Assembly: GCA_963674945.2 (NCBI GenBank)
Contig: CAXXWQ010000004.1
Coordinates: 1,504,001 to 1,568,000, forward strand
Origin: an uncultured Desulfosarcina sp.
GTDB lineage: Bacteria > Desulfobacterota > Desulfobacteria > Desulfobacterales > Desulfosarcinaceae
Direction: 5' to 3'
Length of the DNA stretch: 64,000 bases
Position numbers and translations under genes: made by a program. How positions within the stretch are numbered: position 1 is the first letter of the stretch; each line of letters begins with the position of its first letter. The notes under the pieces were generated by a model. That model did not search any database. It was not told the origin of the DNA and saw only the letters and a program-made list of their open reading frames with translations. Positions 29,871-41,808 of this stretch are shown piece after piece.

Positions 29871-30217
29871 TGAAGAAAATCGCATTGTTCGTTTTCAACG
29901 GAGATCCGGTCTGTTTTATCCACGTGTTGCTCAATGGTCTGGATATGAAGGAAAAGGGCATGGATGGCCGCATCATCGTGGAGGGTGCGGCGACGGCCCT
30001 ATTGCCCAAACTGGCCGAGTCGGAAAATCCCCTTCACAAACTGTGGGAAAAGGCCAAATCCCAACAAATCGTCGATGGTGTTTGCAAGGGCTGCGCCCAC
30101 AAAATGGGAACCGTGGATGAAGCCGTCAGACAGGGATTAAAACTGCTGGATGACATGTCCGGCCATCCCTCCATGTCCAGCTATATACAGGATGGATTCG
30201 AGGTAATCTCCTTTTAA
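29870..30217 (+). CDS. DsrE-like small protein
   Basis: FNGDPVCFIHVLLN, GVCKGCA, GHPS..YI. Confidence 0.78.
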   Translation: MKKIALFVFNGDPVCFIHVLLNGLDMKEKGMDGRIIVEGAATALLPKLAESENPLHKLWEKAKSQQIVDGVCKGCAHKMGTVDEAVRQGLKLLDDMSGHPSMSSYIQDGFEVISF

Positions 30218-30231
30218 CTAGTCGCTATCTA

Positions 30232-30333
30232 TAGAGTTTCAGAAAAGGTTTTTAGCAAGGCCAGAGGGAGGATGCTGTATAATAATACCGCGACGACCGA
30301 TAACGCAGTCCAAAAACATTTTCTTGAACTCTA
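30232..30333. repeat. 102-bp intergenic palindromic element, copy C (core in reverse orientation)
   Basis: TAGAGTTTCAGAAAAGGTTTTT / AAAAACATTTTCTTGAACTCTA (19/22). Minus-strand core GCGTT...GCCTTG. Confidence 0.7.
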
Positions 30334-30345
30334 CATTCTTGAATA

Positions 30346-31023
30346 ATGGGAAACCGTGAACTCAAAGCCCGCATCGGCAAACTTCTCGGGGAAGAGAATT
30401 TTGCCGGTGCTTTGACAGAAATCGGCCGAATCCCGTGCCGTCAGGCGGTAAATCCCCTCTTCTCCTTTTTCTATTCGGGAGAGGAGGTCTTCCGCTGGCG
30501 GGCCATCACGGCCATGGGAGAAGTTGTGGCCCGGATGGCCGACACTGCCATGGAACAGGCGCGCGTGGTGATGCGTCGTCTCATGTGGAACCTCAATGAC
30601 GAGTCCGGCGGAATCGGCTGGGGATCACCCGAAGCCATGGGGGAAATCACCGCGCGCCATGAAGGGTTGGCCAAGGAATTCACCGATATCGTAATCTCCT
30701 ACATCAACCCGGAGGGAAATTACCTAGAACACGAAATGATGCAACGGGGCAGCCTGTGGGGGGTCGGACGGCTGGCCCACGCCCGACCGTTGCTGGCCGG
30801 GCCGGCCATGGATTTCCTTCCCGCATTTTTCGACGCCCCCGACCCCTTTTTGCGTGGAACAGCCATCTGGGCGGCCGGTCCGATTCTGACCGATTCGGTC
30901 CGGCCGATGGTCGAAGCCCACCTCTCCGATAATGCGCCCCTTCGCGTATATCGCTCCATGAACATCGAGTCCACGACGGTAGCGCAGCTTTCCATGGAGG
31001 CCATCGCGCTTTTTGGAGGGTAG
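30346..31023 (+). CDS. DVU0298-family HEAT-repeat protein
   Basis: ARVVMRRLMWNLNDESGGIGWGSPEAMGEI. Confidence 0.82.
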   Translation: MGNRELKARIGKLLGEENFAGALTEIGRIPCRQAVNPLFSFFYSGEEVFRWRAITAMGEVVARMADTAMEQARVVMRRLMWNLNDESGGIGWGSPEAMGEITARHEGLAKEFTDIVISYINPEGNYLEHEMMQRGSLWGVGRLAHARPLLAGPAMDFLPAFFDAPDPFLRGTAIWAAGPILTDSVRPMVEAHLSDNAPLRVYRSMNIESTTVAQLSMEAIALFGG

Positions 31024-31221
31024 ATCTCCCGATCTCTTTAAATAAGTGCCTGTTGGCCCCCATTGCAGATAAATTCAATCAGTCCTTGTAAAATCATCGA
31101 AAGAGCCAGTACAGATATGCAATACTGAATCTTATCACATTTTATTGCTTCAGATATATTGTGAATCCAAAAATGGGAATGAAAAATGGTTGAACCCGTC
31201 GGTTAGGAAAACCTGGCATCC

Positions 31222-31593
31222 TCAACCAGCATGACCGGCTGATGAGAGGGTTTTGCATACGTGGTACAAAGCAAACGGCTTTAGGAAGAAATGATCTGCG
31301 ATTCCTTCTTTCATCAGGTTGCTGCCAATCTCACCGTCTCCCCCGGTCATCACAGCCACCTTCGTGTGCGGTGACGCTCTGCGTATATGGGTGGCCAACT
31401 CTTCACCAGACAGACCCGGCATACGAATATCGGTTAAAACGATATCGATCTTCTCCTTATCGAAGATGCCCAAACCATCATTGCCGTTTTCAGCCGTAAA
31501 CACCCTATGCCCGTAGAGCCGAAAGGCTGTGGCAAGCACATCCAAGATAAATGTGTCATCATCGACGATCAGAATAGATTTGGCGACCGGCAT
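31222..31593 (-). CDS. Single-domain response regulator
   Basis: ILIVDDD, TDIRMP, MTG, KPF. Confidence 0.88.
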   Translation of the reverse strand: MPVAKSILIVDDDTFILDVLATAFRLYGHRVFTAENGNDGLGIFDKEKIDIVLTDIRMPGLSGEELATHIRRASPHTKVAVMTGGDGEIGSNLMKEGIADHFFLKPFALYHVCKTLSSAGHAG

Positions 31594-32084
31594 TGTGCAT
31601 ACCCCACTTCCACGTAAACATTAAATCACGACTACCTACTGTACCAATCCCGGTGGTGCAAAATGCAACAACTGTGCAAACAGAGCTGTTTATGTAAAAT
31701 TATCCATAGAAACAATAGGTTATTATGATTGGTAAAACCCATCGGTTGTGTAAAATAGACCAATAATTGAAAGAATTTAGACAAAATTTGTCAACTGTCG
31801 GCTCAAATTTGGCCCGGGTGGGGTGATGCGGCAAGACGAATGGGACGCCCATCTCAGACGGGCCTCCGCCCACCCAATTCATAATTCCGGCTATCGCTTC
31901 CAACGATACGAAGGAAGGTGGGTTTGAAAAAGTGTCAATGGCAATGTCATTGAGTTCTTTAGAAAAATCAGATACAAACTTGAGAATATTGTAAATCTCG
32001 GCAAACGACCGGAACCTGACGATTGAAATGACAAACAGGACCCGTGGTAAGCGTTCTATCGGAACAGCGTAATGGATTTAACGA

Positions 32085-32723
32085 TTGCGAGGGTATTGTT
32101 ACCAAAGGCGTGAAATGAATCTCCCAAAGAGGCTACAACGATACATTATAGAATCTCAAACCTATTCGTTCAAAAAAGCGCCGGCTTATGTAAAAGTCAT
32201 GGCCTTTCTATATAAATTAGTAGGAAGGAAGTTTCTGGCAAAATTATTTGTTACTTCCGACAGCTGTATCGGATGCAAGCAATGTTTAACAATGTGTCCG
32301 AATCAGGCGATAGATTTTCGATTCCATAACCCGCGGAGAAACAGTAAATGCAAAGGCTGCCTGTTGTGTGTTTATCTTTGTCCGAATCAGGCGATAATAT
32401 TACCTCTGAGTACTCTTATCGGTGGTTTTTTATTACTTTTTCTACCTTATGATGCGTTTATCAAAGAATTATTTTCCCTTCAGTTTTCATCCTTATCGAT
32501 GTTTTTGGACACGCTGCTATCTCTGCTCCTATGGTCTGTCGGCTATATCGTGTGTATATTTATATTTGGTAAAATCTCTTTTTTATTCAGTACATTGCCC
32601 ATTGTGAAAAAGGTAAGGAGAAACCAATATGTCGCACAAATTTACCGCAAGATACATCCAATCAACGTGTTCCCTGTCATTTTGCCGAAAAATAATAACA
32701 ACTTGAATATGCCGAAGGTTTGA
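32085..32723 (+). pseudogene. EFR1-like 2x[4Fe-4S] ferredoxin/membrane protein, probably 5'-truncated
   Basis: CIGCKQCLTMCP, CKGCLLCVYLCP and two TM helices; low GC; no good RBS or start; lacks the usual N-terminal flavodoxin domain. Confidence 0.55.
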
Positions 32724-32823
32724 CCATATGGTCTTTGAACGGGGCACGATCAGATGGCACTCAAAAGCCGATACAGAAAAATATACGAATCAGAGAAGCC
32801 CCCTTGGGATTTCGCAGAGCCAT

Positions 32824-33939
32824 TCAAACAAACTTCTCCTTCCACGCCTTGGTCTTCTCCTTCGGCCACGCAATACAATATGCGGGACGTCCCTTCATTA
32901 CCATCTCCATGCAGCCGTTGCAATCGGGTTTGCAATGGACGATGTCCGCATCCCGACCATCCTGGACCTTTTTCGGCCAATCCGGGTCGGCCCACAGGAC
33001 ACGCGCCAGGCCGATGAGATCGGTCTTTTTGTCGGCGATGGCTTTGTCGGCGAAGGCGCCGGTGGCCAGACGGCCCGCGGCGATGACAGGCACGTCCACC
33101 TCGGCGCGGACGGCAGCCGCCAGATCGAGCATATACCCCTCCTGCCTGGATGCCTCCACGACTTCCGGTAGAAAGAAGGATTCGTAGGTGCCACCCATGA
33201 CGGAGATGTAGGCGATCCCCTTTTTGGCCAGGCTGCGGGCAAACTGTCGCGATTCTTCCAGCTGCAAACCGTCGGGAAGCCATTCATCGGCGAGAAACCG
33301 GTATCCCACCGGGAACGTGCCTACCCTCGCCTTTACACGTTCCAATACCGCCAGGGCGAACCGCTGGCGATTGTCCAGATGGCCTCCGTAATCATCGGAA
33401 CGCAGGTTGGTGCGTGGTGAGAGAAACTGGGCCAGCAGATAACCGGTGCCGCCGTGCAGTTCCACCATGTCGAATCCCGCACGTCTCACCCTTTCCGCCG
33501 CATCGGCATATTGATCGATGATGGCATCGATTTCGTCCTTTTCCAGGGCGCGGGGCATCCGCCCGAAGGTATCCACCGCAGACGGCGCCACCTTGTTTTC
33601 GGTTGCCTGGGCGAAGCGGCCGGCATGATTGATCTGAATGCAGGCCAGAGCGCCTTCCCCCTTGATTGTCTCGGCGAGACGTTTCAACCCATCGAGGTTG
33701 TCATCGATATCCGCCCGGAGGGTCCGGTTGGATCCACTGCCCGTTGGATGATCAACCGTAGAATTTTCGACCACCACCATGGCGATGCCGCTTTTGGCCA
33801 TGAGCCGGTAGTGATCTATCATCATATCGCTGACCGTCCCCCCTTCCCCGGCGTACCCGAGGTAGAGGGGAGCCATGGTCAGGCGATTTTTCAAAGTAAG
33901 ATTTTGTATGGAAATCGTTGAAAAAAGATTCTCGTACAT
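32824..33939 (-). CDS. NADH:flavin oxidoreductase (Old Yellow Enzyme family)
   Basis: AGGAGG RBS; LKNRLTMAP, QINHAGR, GFDMVELHGGTGYLLAQFLSP, C-terminal CKPDCNGC. Confidence 0.92.
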   Translation of the reverse strand: MYENLFSTISIQNLTLKNRLTMAPLYLGYAGEGGTVSDMMIDHYRLMAKSGIAMVVVENSTVDHPTGSGSNRTLRADIDDNLDGLKRLAETIKGEGALACIQINHAGRFAQATENKVAPSAVDTFGRMPRALEKDEIDAIIDQYADAAERVRRAGFDMVELHGGTGYLLAQFLSPRTNLRSDDYGGHLDNRQRFALAVLERVKARVGTFPVGYRFLADEWLPDGLQLEESRQFARSLAKKGIAYISVMGGTYESFFLPEVVEASRQEGYMLDLAAAVRAEVDVPVIAAGRLATGAFADKAIADKKTDLIGLARVLWADPDWPKKVQDGRDADIVHCKPDCNGCMEMVMKGRPAYCIAWPKEKTKAWKEKFV

Positions 33940-34155
33940 ATCGGCACCTCCTATAAACTTTTTCGCATCTGTCTGGCTGGTCCATTCTAACCATATCCGA
34001 CACAAATGACCGGTGCAACAGGATTGTGCCGGGACAGTGCCCTTTGCCGAGCATCCCTGTCGACAACGAATGGATGTTTATTGGTAAAAACCGGAAAAAG
34101 TTCATGATTTTGAAAAAATGCAAGAATGCTGAAAGGGGCGATTGATATCTCGCGA

Positions 34156-35700
34156 TTATAAATACCCAATGATTTCGCCGGAAAGATAGCCGCTCGGATC
34201 ATCTACATGGATCGTTAATCCTTTTGCCGAAAATCGGATGTGCATGTCGAAATGGTTTACGCCGCCCACCTCCCTGTAGTGGATAAGGAGGCGGTCTTGA
34301 TCAATGAAGCACCCTCCCATGGCGGTCGGCAAACCAGAGGGGCCAGTATCGGTAAGCCGCAAATCTTCTTCTCGACCAACATTCAACAAATAGGCATTCT
34401 CTTTTATCGACACCCTCACCGTAAAATACTCAGGAGCGTCGAAGTGAAATGATATCGCCGTCAACCCCATTCGGTTGGAAGAGAGGCGATACACCTTGCC
34501 GGAACGGTTGCGCATGGTTTGCGGCAGTATGGGGGGCACAGGAGATTTTTCCACCACAGGCGGCTAGGAGGCCGATCGGACCCGATTGGATAGTCTCCCG
34601 TAGGCGGATCTGTTTTCTGGCAGGGCCGCCTTTGACGCAAAAGACTTCATTAAAAGATGGGAGAAAGAATCGATATGCGCACCGTTTGCCGTAAGCACGA
34701 GGACCAGGTCATGTTGGGGCCAGACCAGAATCTCCTGACCGCCCCGCCCCCGCGCACCGAACATGCCATCGTATGGATTTGGAAATATCCACCAGCCATA
34801 CCCGTATCCTTCCGGTCGATTGTCCACATCGATCTGTTTCGTCGTCGCCACATTGACCCAGGTGGTTGAGAGAATCCGTTGTCCATCCCACTGGCCATGC
34901 CTCAAATAGAGGTACCCGATCCTGGCCATGTCGGCAGGATGCATTCGCAGGTCTCCGCCACCAAGATTCACTCCCTGGGGGTCGGCCGGCCAGACAACAT
35001 CCTCAATGCCGAGTGGCGAGAACAGAAAACGCTCTGCAAAATCGAGTGCAGGCATCCCTGTGGCTCGTCCCACAATGGCCGACAGCAGGTGCATGCCGTT
35101 GCTGCAGTAGGAAAACGCGGTCCCGGGCCTCACCGCCATGGGCATTTGCAATGCAAAGGCCACCCAATCGGGACTTTCTATCATCTCGAACAGCTCTTTT
35201 TCACCCGGCACGTAACCACACGCAAACCCAGAAGTCATGGTCAATAAATGGTGAATCGTAATGGACGCCGTACTTTTCGACCTGTTCTCGTATTCAGGGA
35301 AAAAATCCACGATCGGCTCTTTCAGGTCTTCTATGAATCCATTTTCATGGGCCAACCCGATCAGGGAAGCGGTAATGCTCTTGGTCACCGAAGCGACATC
35401 GTGCAGCATGCCCTTATGGTAAGGATAAAAATAGGCATCCAGCACCACATACCCGTTTTTTATGATCATGAGGCTGTCGACGGGTAATTTCTCCTTCATG
35501 ATGAACGCAACCACTTCACTCAATACATCGGAATCCATGCCCTGCTGTTCCGGCGTAGATGTTCGCCAATCAGCAGTTGGCCAGTATGCAAGGTCTTTTG
35601 GTGGGGTCGTTACCGGTGGGATGGCGCAGGCAGCCAGATGGAAAAAACAAAGTACAATTTGCATCAGGAAAACAGGACGAGCCATTGATTTTCCCTTCAT
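34156..35700 (-). pseudogene. Beta-lactamase-family serine hydrolase lipoprotein interrupted by one in-frame TAG (34564-34566)
   Basis: LAAC lipobox, SVTK (SxxK), FSYCS, YGYGWW. The reading frame continues RSAS*PPVVEKSPVPP to 34156. Confidence 0.75.
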
Positions 35701-35770
35701 CGGTTTGCGAAGCCGGATCGGAATCCATGCGTTGTCAGCCGGAATCCCAAACCTGGAAAAAAATTCACGA

Positions 35771-38233
35771 TCAACTGGATTCGCTGCGCCCCCCTTTGGG
35801 CAGACGAATCACGAAACAGCTTCCACCGTCTTTGGCGACCTGCACGCTCATCTGCCCCCCGTGATTCTCCGTGACGATGAAGTAGGAGACGGACAGTCCC
35901 AGGCCCGTTCCCATGCCCACAGGCTTTGTGGTAAAGAAGGGTTCGAAGATACGCCGTCGGATTCTTTCTTCCATGCCCGGCCCATTGTCCTCGATCTCCG
36001 CCCGAACCCATGCGCCATCATCTTTGACCCGCAGGATAAACACCGGCGGACAGGGTGGTTTTGCCATTTCGGTCATGGCCTCGGCACCGTTTTTTAAAAT
36101 ATTCATGAAGACCTGCTGTATTTTGCTCGATTCGCACGGGACGGGCGGTGCCGATGGGTCGTACTCCCGAATCAGTTCGATCTTCTTGAAGTCATACCGT
36201 TTCTTCATGTCGTAATCGGTCCTGAGCAGTTCGATGGTCCGATCCAGCAGGGTCCCGAGGTCATTGGAGGAAGTGACTTTGTCGCTTTTACGGGCAAAAC
36301 TGAGCATGTTCTTGACGATGGCGGCAGCCATGCTGCCCGAAGTCCGAATATTCTCGATCATGTCTGGCAGTTTGCGCAACGCCAGGTAACGCCGAATGGC
36401 CGCCATTGTCGTTCCGGCGGCTTCGGCGGCCTTGTGATTGGCAGGCAGTTCACCGGTCAATCGGCTTTCCAGCACCGATGCGTTTTGCAGGATACCTGCC
36501 AGGGGATTGTTGATTTCATGGGCCATGCCCGCGGCCAGACCGCCCACGGAAAGCATCTTTTCACCCTGAATCATCATCTCTTCCATGCGTACTTGTTGGG
36601 TCTCATCGTCCACCCGGATCACGGCTTCCGCAACGCCATTGCCAACCAGAGGAAAGATGGTGATATCTTCAAAGCGAGTCTCCTGATCTACCTTGCGGGC
36701 AACTTTGGGCAGACTGATCACCCGGCGCTCCCGGATGGAAAATTCGATGCTCTCCATTATATCGCCCAGGCGAGGGAAGACCTCGCGCAAAAGCCGAGAT
36801 CTGGCATCCGAAACACTTATTCCGGTTGTTTTCACTGTCTGTTGATTCCATAGGGTCACCCTGCCCTTTCGGTCCACGGCCACCAGTATGGATGGCATGG
36901 AATCAATGATATTGGCAAGATAGTTACGCAGCCTGCGCAGTTCCACTTCATCTCTCTTCTGCTGCGTAATATCGCTAACGACGCCAACAATACCGACAAT
37001 TTTTCCATCTGCATCTTTGAGGGGTGAAAAACTGTCCCGGCACCACACATCAGGATTTTTAGGCAATTCGATATGTACTTCCGTATCTCCTGCCGTTTCG
37101 CCGTTCATCGCTCTCTTCATATTCTCTTCAATGGATGTATTCTTAAGGGATGGAAATACATCCCATGGTCGTTTACCGAGGACTTCTTTCCTTGGCGTAT
37201 TGGAAAAATCCTCCATGCTTTTATTGAAAATAGAATAGGTGAAATCACTATCGACCACGATCACCCCTTCATCCATGGATTCCAGAATATTCGTCAGCAA
37301 CTGCTCATTTTCCCTTAACGCCTCTTCCGCCATCTTTCGCGCTGTGATGTCCGTATGGGTTCCGATAAAACGTTTCGGCTTCTCTCTGTCGTCCCGAGAA
37401 ACGACTTTACCTTTGGACTGAATCCACATATAGCTACCGTCTTTACGCAAAAATCTGAACTCCACTTCAAAACCATTCAGATCTCCGGCAAGCATATTTT
37501 TCAACTCTGCTTCCAGTTGATTAAAATCGACTTTGTGAATACGTTTTACGACCTCGTCATTTTCTTGTGGAAATTCATAGGGGTGGTAACCGGCCATGGT
37601 GTAAAAACGAGAATCAAGGTAAAGCGAATTTTTATCAATTTTCCAGTCATAGATACCTTCATTCGCACCCGACAGGGCCAAGTCCAGGCGTTCTTCGCTC
37701 TCCTTTAGTTTCCTTTCAATACGTTTTCGTTCGGCAATTTCATCTCGCAATTTCCAATTGATCGCCTCAAGCTCCGAGGTCCGCTGTTTTACACGCTCCT
37801 CGAGTTCATCGTTCAATTGCTGAATCTCTTTTTGAACCCGCCTGCTTGTTAATTGCGTCTGGACACGCGCTAATATTTCATCCGGATGAAAAGGCTTGGT
37901 TATAAAATCGACACCACCGGCATTAAATGCCTTTACTTTTTCCTCTGTTTCGTTAAGGGCGCTTATGAAAATCACAGGGATGTTCCGCGTCTTCTCATGT
38001 GATTTAAGAATCCGGCATAGTTCGAATCCATCCATCCCCGGCATGCGAATATCGAGAAGAATAAGATCGGGCAGAAGCCTCTCAATAATCTCAAGTGCCT
38101 CACCGCTGCTGGTAACCGGCCGAATATTGTAGCCGTCATTTTGAAGAATCGACGATATCATCCTCAGATTATCGGGATTGTCGTCAACAATAACGATATT
38201 GCTCGTGTCTGTATACTGAATTGCAGGCGTCAT
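35771..38233 (-). CDS. Hybrid histidine kinase REC-PAS-PAS-PAS-HisKA-HATPase
   Basis: [19 protein letters not shown] motifs; [20 protein letters not shown]. Confidence 0.93.
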   Translation of the reverse strand: MTPAIQYTDTSNIVIVDDNPDNLRMISSILQNDGYNIRPVTSSGEALEIIERLLPDLILLDIRMPGMDGFELCRILKSHEKTRNIPVIFISALNETEEKVKAFNAGGVDFITKPFHPDEILARVQTQLTSRRVQKEIQQLNDELEERVKQRTSELEAINWKLRDEIAERKRIERKLKESEERLDLALSGANEGIYDWKIDKNSLYLDSRFYTMAGYHPYEFPQENDEVVKRIHKVDFNQLEAELKNMLAGDLNGFEVEFRFLRKDGSYMWIQSKGKVVSRDDREKPKRFIGTHTDITARKMAEEALRENEQLLTNILESMDEGVIVVDSDFTYSIFNKSMEDFSNTPRKEVLGKRPWDVFPSLKNTSIEENMKRAMNGETAGDTEVHIELPKNPDVWCRDSFSPLKDADGKIVGIVGVVSDITQQKRDEVELRRLRNYLANIIDSMPSILVAVDRKGRVTLWNQQTVKTTGISVSDARSRLLREVFPRLGDIMESIEFSIRERRVISLPKVARKVDQETRFEDITIFPLVGNGVAEAVIRVDDETQQVRMEEMMIQGEKMLSVGGLAAGMAHEINNPLAGILQNASVLESRLTGELPANHKAAEAAGTTMAAIRRYLALRKLPDMIENIRTSGSMAAAIVKNMLSFARKSDKVTSSNDLGTLLDRTIELLRTDYDMKKRYDFKKIELIREYDPSAPPVPCESSKIQQVFMNILKNGAEAMTEMAKPPCPPVFILRVKDDGAWVRAEIEDNGPGMEERIRRRIFEPFFTTKPVGMGTGLGLSVSYFIVTENHGGQMSVQVAKDGGSCFVIRLPKGGRSESS

Positions 38234-40278
38234 GTCTGCTGTTTGTTTATCGTGTTGATGATCTGTTTATAATTAAAGTCATCGGCAAGGCGATGCAGCC
38301 GCTTTGAAAGAGAGGGATTAAATTCGGCAACCTGTGCGATCAATTCATTCAGCCGACCAATATCTGCGTGATCCGCCGCTCCAACCAGTTCGTTTTTAAG
38401 ATCCTCTGGAAGTCCATCCAATCCGAAATCTCCCTCTTTGAATGTGGCATTGCTGTGTACCAACGGTTCGGCAGGATATTTCGCCTTCCTGAAAGGAAGG
38501 TATTTTATCATTGCTTTTATCAACTCTTTTTTTCTCACCGGCTTTCTCAGATAATCGATGCAGATCTTTCGGATCGCTTCTTCATCCTGGGCCAGGGCCG
38601 AAGCGGTTACGGCAATCACCGGAATATCCTTCGTCGTAGCATCCTTGTTAAGCTTCTCGGCGACTTCATAGCCGTCCATCACCGGCATTTTCATATCCAG
38701 CAGGATCAAGTCGGGTATATTGCTTTTTGCAAGCACCAGCACCTCTCTTCCCTCTTTGGCTTCCAAAACCTCAAAGTCCCATTCATTCAGAAACCCCCGA
38801 AGCAGGTCACGGTTGTATTCGATATCATCAACAATCAAGATGGCTGCTTTTTCAAAAACGATTCCCGTTAGATCGAAAGTTTCCTCATTCGTCCATGCTG
38901 TCTCATCTAAAACGGCCTTTTCAACATCTTCGATTACAACAGTAAACACGCTGCCTTCGTTCTCCCTGCTTTCTACCGTGATGCGCCCGTTCATGGCTTC
39001 CACCAGCCGTTTGCTGATGGTCAAACCAAGACCTGTGCCTTCGGTGGTTCTTGCCGAAGCAACAACTGGTTGTTCGAATGCCTTGAAGATGGTCTCCAGC
39101 ATGTCCTCGGGAATACCGATCCCGGTATCGGCCACTGAAAAAATAAAATTGTAGGTATTGACTCCATCGGTATTCGTGGGTTCCATCCGGGCGAACACCG
39201 TAATGGAGCCTGTTTCGGTAAATTTGACGGCGTTTCCCAACAGGTTGAGCAGAACCTGTCGCAATCGCGCCTCATCCAGCAAAATGTCTTCCTGGAGACT
39301 GTTATCCAAACTCAAATCCAGGTTGAGACCCTTTTCCGAAAGTCGATACTCGAAAACACCGCAAATTTCCCTGAACAATCGTTCGGGATTCACTGCCGTC
39401 TGCCGGATCTGCAACTTTCCGGCTTCGATCTTGGAAAGGTCCAGGATGTCGTTGATGAGGGCCAGCAAACTCTCTCCGGCCGTCTGGATACGCTCGAGGT
39501 AACGCTTGTGCTTTGCATCTGAAATCAATCTGGTCAGGATATCGGAAAACCCGATGATGGCATTCATCGGCGTTCTCAACTCGTGGCTCATGTTGGCCAG
39601 GAACTGACTCTTCGCCTGGTTGGCCGCTTCTGCAGCTACTTTGGCGCTCACCAAGGCTTCTTCGATTCTTTTTCGCACCTCGATCTCTTCCCGAAGCTCT
39701 TTGGTCCTCGTCTCAACGGTTTGTTCGAGTTCGTCTCGATGCCGTTCAAGCTCATGCAGATATTCTTTTTCCGTTGTGATGTCCTCCATGGTGGACCACT
39801 GGCCGATAAGATGGTCATCTTGAATTTGTGCATAGGAATTAAACCTTCGCCAGGTAGTACTGCCGTCGCGGTCTGTTCTTGGAACTACAAAATTGATAAC
39901 GGTCCATTTTTGCGATGCGGCATACTCGAAATAATCTTTCACTTTTTCATAGGCCATGGGATCATATGCGGTGGAATCTAATCCGACAGGCATTTTTATT
40001 TCAGAAAGGGCTTTCAGCTGATCTCTTCGGTAAATGTCATTCATTTCAAGATAGCGTGATTCGAAGTAGAATCGCTTTGCCTGTTCTTCGATGGGAAGTG
40101 ATAAGGAAAGAGGCGGTTTGAACTCCAGGTAGTAGATACCGGCAGGACTCAAATCCATATACGCTTTGTATCGTGACAGCTTTTTGGTCAGCTTTCGGGA
40201 ATGCAGCAAACACGATCCTGCAAATATCATCGTTCCTGTGGCGAAAAGGAGGGCTACATAGAAAAATATTTCGGGCAT
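38230..40278 (-). CDS. Hybrid histidine kinase TM-PAS-like-HisKA-HATPase-REC
   Basis: [37 protein letters not shown]; overlaps the downstream kinase. Confidence 0.92.
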   Translation of the reverse strand: MPEIFFYVALLFATGTMIFAGSCLLHSRKLTKKLSRYKAYMDLSPAGIYYLEFKPPLSLSLPIEEQAKRFYFESRYLEMNDIYRRDQLKALSEIKMPVGLDSTAYDPMAYEKVKDYFEYAASQKWTVINFVVPRTDRDGSTTWRRFNSYAQIQDDHLIGQWSTMEDITTEKEYLHELERHRDELEQTVETRTKELREEIEVRKRIEEALVSAKVAAEAANQAKSQFLANMSHELRTPMNAIIGFSDILTRLISDAKHKRYLERIQTAGESLLALINDILDLSKIEAGKLQIRQTAVNPERLFREICGVFEYRLSEKGLNLDLSLDNSLQEDILLDEARLRQVLLNLLGNAVKFTETGSITVFARMEPTNTDGVNTYNFIFSVADTGIGIPEDMLETIFKAFEQPVVASARTTEGTGLGLTISKRLVEAMNGRITVESRENEGSVFTVVIEDVEKAVLDETAWTNEETFDLTGIVFEKAAILIVDDIEYNRDLLRGFLNEWDFEVLEAKEGREVLVLAKSNIPDLILLDMKMPVMDGYEVAEKLNKDATTKDIPVIAVTASALAQDEEAIRKICIDYLRKPVRKKELIKAMIKYLPFRKAKYPAEPLVHSNATFKEGDFGLDGLPEDLKNELVGAADHADIGRLNELIAQVAEFNPSLSKRLHRLADDFNYKQIINTINKQQT

Positions 40279-40869
40279 ATCCGATCCTTGAAGGCTGGAA
40301 GAGTAAGGGCCGACAATTGCGAAACGAGTTATCTTTTGAAATTTATATCAAAAGCATCTTCAATCCGATCCGGATCATGATCGAAGAAAATAAAGTATAC
40401 CATGAATCATATATTCCAGAAAGCCGAAGTCCGCAAACGAAGAAACGCTTCCTGCACACCCAAAACACATTGATATTCATTGGTATATCCGCAAGCTTTA
40501 TCGTTCTCCCGTTTTTTACTTTTCGAAATTTGTAGTTTTCTTCGTCCATAGACAACCGATTGCGGAAACAGGATGGTCTTTTTCTCCGATTGTTCCCTGA
40601 ACTACGCCGTGTTTGCGATCTATTCCCGACTTACGTCAATTGGGTAGAGATAGAAGCTGCAAAGCAAAATAGATTCTCAACCGCAAAGAAATTCACCCGA
40701 GAACTTATTGCCATATTTTGTGCTGGAAGAGGGAAAACAACATAGATACGGCGGCAGAAAAGATAAATCGTGCCCTGGTGAGACCACTGCTTCATGACGG
40801 ATGAAGATCGAATCTGATAAAACCGGCAATTCGATTATATAGCGTTTTGCCTGCTACCACGTTTCGATG

Positions 40870-41748
40870 TCAGTTACGCTGGAAAGGAACGGCCAGCACG
40901 GGCACCGGTGCGTGGCGCAACACCAGTTCTGTAGTCCGGCCCATCACCCGTTCCTGTTCAAAGGGTTTGTGATGGGCACCGATGACGACCATATCGCAGT
41001 TTTGGGCTTTGACCAGACTGACGATTTGCTCGGCCGCCGGGCCCGTTTGGGTGATGACATCGATGTTTTGGGTATCTCCCAATATATCTTGCATCCACTC
41101 CGACAGGTCATTTTCCGCTACTGCCTCGGATTCCATAATATGTACGATGGTCAGCCGGGCTTTATATCTTTGGGCCAAGTCGGCGGCCACCTGCAGAGCC
41201 CTGGCCGCGGTGACAGTTCGGTTACAGGGGCAGAGGATATGGTCGATAGCCGGCCGGCTTTGCGGTTGGCTGGTATCGATGAAATCATCTATCTTTTGAC
41301 GCACGACGAACACGGGCAGCTGACACTGATGGATCACACTCTCGGTGACCGAGCCCAGCATCCAATGTTTAAAGCCGCTGTATCCATGGGTGCCCATCAC
41401 CACCAGGTCAAAGGCGTTGTCGGCAAGAGCCTGCATCACCGCCTCTGCCGGCGGTGAATCAGTGATTTCAAATCCCACATCACCGATTTCTCCCAATACA
41501 CTGCGTACGTGGGTCTCAACATCCTTTGCGACAGTCTGTTTGGCATTGTCCAGTTCCGCCAAAACACGGTCGGTTAAATCCCTGGACAGATAGCGAGGAA
41601 CCTCAAAGTGGATGGCGTGCAATACGGTCAAGTCAGCGTCGAAAACGCTCGCACCCACATGAGCGTATTTTAGGGCCAAATCGGAAAGTTCGCTCATATC
41701 CATAGGACAGAGAATTCGTCTGGGATGGAAATCTAATTGACTTGCCAT
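40870..41748 (-). CDS. Universal stress protein (tandem USP domains)
   Basis: ILCPMD, DLVVMGTHG..LGSVTE, DMVVIGAH..GRTTE, PVLAVP. Confidence 0.92.
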   Translation of the reverse strand: MASQLDFHPRRILCPMDMSELSDLALKYAHVGASVFDADLTVLHAIHFEVPRYLSRDLTDRVLAELDNAKQTVAKDVETHVRSVLGEIGDVGFEITDSPPAEAVMQALADNAFDLVVMGTHGYSGFKHWMLGSVTESVIHQCQLPVFVVRQKIDDFIDTSQPQSRPAIDHILCPCNRTVTAARALQVAADLAQRYKARLTIVHIMESEAVAENDLSEWMQDILGDTQNIDVITQTGPAAEQIVSLVKAQNCDMVVIGAHHKPFEQERVMGRTTELVLRHAPVPVLAVPFQRN

Positions 41749-41808
41749 TACTTTTCTCTCCTCGTGGTGGATGAAAACGAAAAAGTTACTGCAACCACAT
41801 AGACCAAC

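Noticed and set aside
17794..31023. Selenoproteins in the redox cluster
   Set aside because: Redox motifs are encoded with Cys, and I saw no in-frame TGA at a Cys position.
40343..40555. 70-aa ORF upstream of the kinase
   Set aside because: No motif and no clear RBS; cannot be supported.
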